DNA of 16,271 nt from a virus (taxonomy: Duplodnaviria; Heunggongvirae; Uroviricota; Caudoviricetes), in the IMG/VR virus record IMGVR_UViG_3300031857_000009. One strand, given 5' to 3'. Position 1 is the first letter of the stretch, and each line of letters opens with the position of its first letter. Below the pieces are notes generated by a model that did not search any database, was not told where the DNA came from, and worked only from the letters and a program-made list of their open reading frames with translations. Positions 13,665-16,271 of this stretch are shown here, one piece after another. Made by a program: the position numbers and the translations under genes.

Positions 13665-14036
13665 ATGATAAAAAAACCAAGAAAGACTACGGCTAATTCT
13701 CTGAAGAAGTCTTTGCACGAAATTCGTGAATGCCTTAATGAGAGTTTACCAAACTTTGAGAAAAAGGAAATGGTGGGAATTAAATTTTCTCGTGTTGGTA
13801 CTCGTTATCACATTGAAAATGCACCAGTTCCTCCTACCGATAAGATTGGTGTACAGCTTGAGCGTTCTTTCAATGATTTTATGCGTAAGCTGAAAGTAAC
13901 TTATGGTGGAATGAAACTTGAAGGTTCGATGGTGTTAGGGACCAAAGACGATTTGTTTTTGGTTGGCTACAACAACTATGAACGTAAAGGTAAAAACCTC
14001 ACCAAAAAGGGACATTCAATAGAAGGGGTTCTTTAG
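13665..14036 (+). CDS. basic hypothetical protein, 123 aa
   Basis: ATG 13665 after promoter; Lys-rich; terminator follows. Confidence 0.8.
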   Translation: MIKKPRKTTANSLKKSLHEIRECLNESLPNFEKKEMVGIKFSRVGTRYHIENAPVPPTDKIGVQLERSFNDFMRKLKVTYGGMKLEGSMVLGTKDDLFLVGYNNYERKGKNLTKKGHSIEGVL

Positions 14037-14066
14037 TTTAGTATATTGATTTAATGTTCGGTTCGA

Positions 14067-14096
14067 AAAACCCTCACAGAAATGTGGGGGTTTTTT
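14067..14096 (+). terminator. intrinsic terminator
   Basis: AAAACCCTCACA-GAAA-TGTGGGGGTTTTTT; same hairpin as 6467. Confidence 0.9.
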
Positions 14097-14140
14097 ATTG
14101 CTCGAATGTGTGCGGAGGAGCTGCACAGTTCGTCTATTAA

Positions 14141-14166
14141 ATTAGTTTGGCGCCCGCCAAACAATA
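14141..14166. repeat. TTGGC/GCCAA inverted box pair with no interior
   Basis: ATTAGTTTGGCG-CC-CGCCAAACAATA. Confidence 0.8.
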
Positions 14167-14215
14167 TCGCCCTGGGAAGAACAGGTCCCTCCTGAAGAAA
14201 AAAAATAAAAATAAA

Positions 14216-14247
14216 TTTGGAATATAAAAGAATTCGTTTTATATTTG
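14216..14247 (+). promoter_or_regulatory. Bacteroidota-type promoter
   Basis: TTTG-N20-TATATTTG. Confidence 0.85.
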
Positions 14248-14267
14248 TATTGTTAAACCAATATTAT

Positions 14268-15038
14268 ATGGAGTACAGAAATAAAACCCAAGCCAGAAAG
14301 GAAACTGGAATCAATTATTTAGGTTCAGTTAACCTGACATCAAAACACGCTAAGGCGTACAAGTATGATGAATTAACCTACAGTCTTTACCTCGCACCCG
14401 CGGACTTAAGTGGTTACGAAGTTTGCCCAATGAGAAACGCGGAGTGTACTGCACTATGTTTAAACGAATCTGGTATGAATCGAATGAACATGAGAGATGA
14501 CATGATTACTGAGAGTAGAATTAAAAAAACAAAATTGTTTTTCGAACATCGCCAGTATTTCATGCAATGGATGGTTGCAGAAATTGAGGCGGCAAAAAAG
14601 AAGGCAGAAAAACAAGGTTATCACTTTAGTGTTCGTTTAAATAACACTTCAGACATTTCACCCGAATCTTTTCATATGGAGATAGATGGTAAAAGAAAAA
14701 ACATTTTGCAATTGTTTCCTAATGTTATGTTTTACGACTACAGCAAAGTGGGTAAACGAATGGAGTTAGTTAAGAAGTATAAGAACTACGACTTAACATT
14801 TTCATTTAGTGGTACAAACTTTTCAGATTGTATTAGTATGTTGAACAATGGTATACGAGTTGCCGTTGTTTTCAAAAAAGAAATACCCAAAAAGTTTTGG
14901 GGTAGAAAAGTTATCGATGGTGACTTATATGATATGAGATATCGAGATGAGAACGACATTATTGTGGGATTAAAATATAAAGTCACACGAAAACGACCTC
15001 AAAAAGATAGTAAGTTTATAGTAGACCCCTCACAATGA
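14268..15038 (+). CDS. GP88-family protein, 256 aa
   Basis: SLYLAPA..SG..VCP.....C...CL..SG, VRLNxTSD, FYDY.K, NYDLTFS, DGDxxDxRxxD, VGLxYK motifs recalled for the phage gene product 88 family; start moved to 14268. Confidence 0.8.
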   Translation: MEYRNKTQARKETGINYLGSVNLTSKHAKAYKYDELTYSLYLAPADLSGYEVCPMRNAECTALCLNESGMNRMNMRDDMITESRIKKTKLFFEHRQYFMQWMVAEIEAAKKKAEKQGYHFSVRLNNTSDISPESFHMEIDGKRKNILQLFPNVMFYDYSKVGKRMELVKKYKNYDLTFSFSGTNFSDCISMLNNGIRVAVVFKKEIPKKFWGRKVIDGDLYDMRYRDENDIIVGLKYKVTRKRPQKDSKFIVDPSQ

Positions 15039-15048
15039 GGGGTTTTTT
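15025..15048 (+). terminator. intrinsic terminator overlapping stop codon
   Basis: ACCCCTCA-CAA-TGAGGGGT plus T tract. Confidence 0.85.
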
Positions 15049-15087
15049 ATTGCTTGAAGATGTTGCGCGCATGATGCTGGTCATCGG

Positions 15088-15149
15088 AATTTTGTTTGGC
15101 ATTCTGTAATCCTAATAAAATCAACACTTTAAGTTGTGCCAACCAAAAT
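15088..15149. repeat. TTGGC/GCCAA inverted box pair, family B interior
   Basis: AATTTTGTTTGGC-ATTCTGTAATCCTAATAAAATCAA ... GCCAACCAAAAT. Confidence 0.9.
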
Positions 15150-15261
15150 CACCTGGCTTCAGACTGGTTGCAACAGCCAGTTTTACTGGTCATTTTGCTG
15201 GTGACCCTGGTTAATCCAAAAACTTGGTTGGCAAGAAAACAATAAAAAAGATAAAAAATTA

Positions 15262-15293
15262 TTTGGAATATAATAATAACAGTATTATATTTG
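15262..15293 (+). promoter_or_regulatory. Bacteroidota-type promoter
   Basis: TTTG-N20-TATATTTG. Confidence 0.85.
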
Positions 15294-15313
15294 TATCATA
15301 AAACAACATAACA

Positions 15314-15916
15314 ATGGGACAATATTATAAACCAATCATTTTAGGTAACACCCCAAAAGAGGGTGAACACGAAACAGTTAAAGCGTGGATGTATTCACAC
15401 GAGTACGACAACGGACTCAAACTGATGGAGCATTCCTATCAAGGGAACAACTTCGTTTCAACTTTTGAAAAACAATTAACCCGTAGAGGTGAACATTACA
15501 AAAGTCGTGTAGTGTGGGCGGGTGATTACGCAGGAGAAGAACCAGGTGTAAAAGTCATTTCGGAAGGGAAGGAGTACGATGCAAATTTGTATTCACTTTG
15601 TAATGATGAAAACCAAATCAAACCCAAAGTGTCATCAACGGATGAATACCCCTACATTGTAAACCACACCAAAAAAATGTTCGTGGATAAAAACAAAGTT
15701 CCCGAAATTCAAGGATGGGATGGTGTAAAAATTCACCCTTTACCACTATTAACTAGTGAAGGTAACGGAATGGGTGGGGGAGATTTTAGAGGTGATGATG
15801 AAAATGAGATTGTTGGTTCGTGGGCAAGAGATGTTATCTCGGTAGAAAAAGATAGTCCACTCGTAACCAATGGGATGATGAATTACACCGAATTGATTTT
15901 TGATTTGAAAGAATAA
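15314..15916 (+). CDS. conserved phage hypothetical protein, 200 aa (MGQYY / GLKLMEHSY motifs)
   Basis: ORF between promoter and terminator; motifs recalled from an uncharacterised family. Confidence 0.85.
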   Translation: MGQYYKPIILGNTPKEGEHETVKAWMYSHEYDNGLKLMEHSYQGNNFVSTFEKQLTRRGEHYKSRVVWAGDYAGEEPGVKVISEGKEYDANLYSLCNDENQIKPKVSSTDEYPYIVNHTKKMFVDKNKVPEIQGWDGVKIHPLPLLTSEGNGMGGGDFRGDDENEIVGSWARDVISVEKDSPLVTNGMMNYTELIFDLKE

Positions 15917-15920
15917 AAAG

Positions 15921-15944
15921 GTCCCCCGTCACAGGGGGATTTTT
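15921..15944 (+). terminator. intrinsic terminator
   Basis: TCCCCC-GTCACA-GGGGGA plus T tract. Confidence 0.8.
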
Positions 15945-15960
15945 GTTTGGCAAAAAAACA

Positions 15961-15992
15961 TTTGGAATATAAAAGAATTAGTATTATATTTG
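15961..15992 (+). promoter_or_regulatory. Bacteroidota-type promoter
   Basis: TTTG-N20-TATATTTG; near-identical to 1729-1760. Confidence 0.85.
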
Positions 15993-16010
15993 TATTATAA
16001 ACCAATCAAG

Positions 16011-16271
16011 ATGAGTAAAAGTATTAAAGTAAGGTTCAATCTCGGTAGAGGTAAGAACTACATGAAGTGGAAAGTACAACACCCTGATGGTAGTGTATTG
16101 TATTACAGTCCAACAGATAATCAGTTGGTCATGACAGGTTGCACATTTAAGAACCACAGGAAAACAGCACAGAAGATTTTCGATGGTGGTAATAAAACAG
16201 TATGTGCGTGGATACTTTGTAAGGACATCAAGATTTACACAGGTCAACCATACAAGGATGAAAGTCGTAGG
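16011..16271 (+). CDS. hypothetical phage protein, truncated at window end (not in ORF track)
   Basis: Hand translation MSKSIKVRFNLGRGKNYMKWKVQHPDGSVLYYSPTDNQLVMTGCTFKNHRKTAQKIFDGGNKTVCAWILCKDIKIY..., open to the end of the window. Confidence 0.85.
   Translation, partial: MSKSIKVRFNLGRGKNYMKWKVQHPDGSVLYYSPTDNQLVMTGCTFKNHRKTAQKIFDGGNKTVCAWILCKDIKIYTGQPYKDESRR

Noticed and set aside
1302-14162. Eukaryotic AP-1 (TGAGTCA) and NF1 (TTGGC-N5-GCCAA) sites
   Set aside because: The region has bacterial promoters and intrinsic terminators; pair spacing is not N5; similarity is probably coincidental
746-14267. Long upstream starts in the ORF track (746, 2829, 3369, 5179, 6176, 6642, 7947, 8562, 13659, 14217)
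   Set aside because: They lie within or upstream of the promoter or inside the previous gene; starts were moved to the first plausible ATG after the promoter or previous stop
621-15149. Box pairs as CRISPR mini-arrays (35-38 nt interiors resemble spacer length)
   Set aside because: Flanks are inverted, not direct, repeats; interiors fall into related families; no cas genes in the window
621-15149. Canonical integron attC sites
   Set aside because: Orientation and core do not match RYYYAAC...GTTRRRY, the cassettes carry their own promoters and terminators, and no integrase is present; kept only as an analogy
782-16247. Minus-strand ORFs from the track (e.g. 782-1174, 2156-2467, 4230-4487, 7083-7436, 8247-8555, 10627-10929, 12198-12539, 15984-16247)
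   Set aside because: They are antisense shadows of well-supported plus-strand genes or cross promoters/terminators; no minus-strand promoters seen
1-16271. Stop-codon reassignment (alternative genetic code)
   Set aside because: TAA, TAG and TGA all end genes directly before terminators or the next promoter; coding density is fully explained by code 11
1-16271. tRNA, rRNA, riboswitch or IS element
   Set aside because: No cloverleaf, rRNA-like sequence, transposase or terminal-repeat/target-duplication structure recognised

Overview
AT-rich, almost entirely plus-strand block of about 31 mostly short, mostly hypothetical genes. It most likely comes from the early/accessory region of a large phage (less likely another mobile element) infecting Bacteroidota. 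The host inference rests on 23 copies of the Bacteroidota housekeeping-sigma promoter (TTTG-N19-21-TAnnTTTG) and A-rich leaders without Shine-Dalgarno sites. Families recognisable from remembered motifs (no search run): DUF3846-like, DUF4314, DUF932, a DUF6915/DUF6878/DUF6745-like operon, a ParB-N/DGQHR protein and a GP88-family protein. There are no structural, replication, integrase, tRNA or CRISPR genes. The main signal is non-coding. Nearly every gene or small operon is its own unit: promoter, gene(s), hairpin terminator, then a GC-richer spacer built from a few interchangeable parts. The spacer is organised around a G(T/G/A)TTGGC box. The box occurs (i) as inverted pairs whose arms almost always differ at the same base and whose separations fall near multiples of 10 bp, and (ii) as a single box 36-38, 46-47 or 57-58 bp upstream of the -7 element. 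Similarity between modules breaks at this box, which suggests it is both a protein-binding address and a crossover point for cassette shuffling. Further oddities: complementarity between 5' leaders and stop-codon regions, strong GpC/alanine depletion in genes versus GpC-rich spacers, a 72-bp tandem repeat, and one hidden minus-strand membrane-protein gene.
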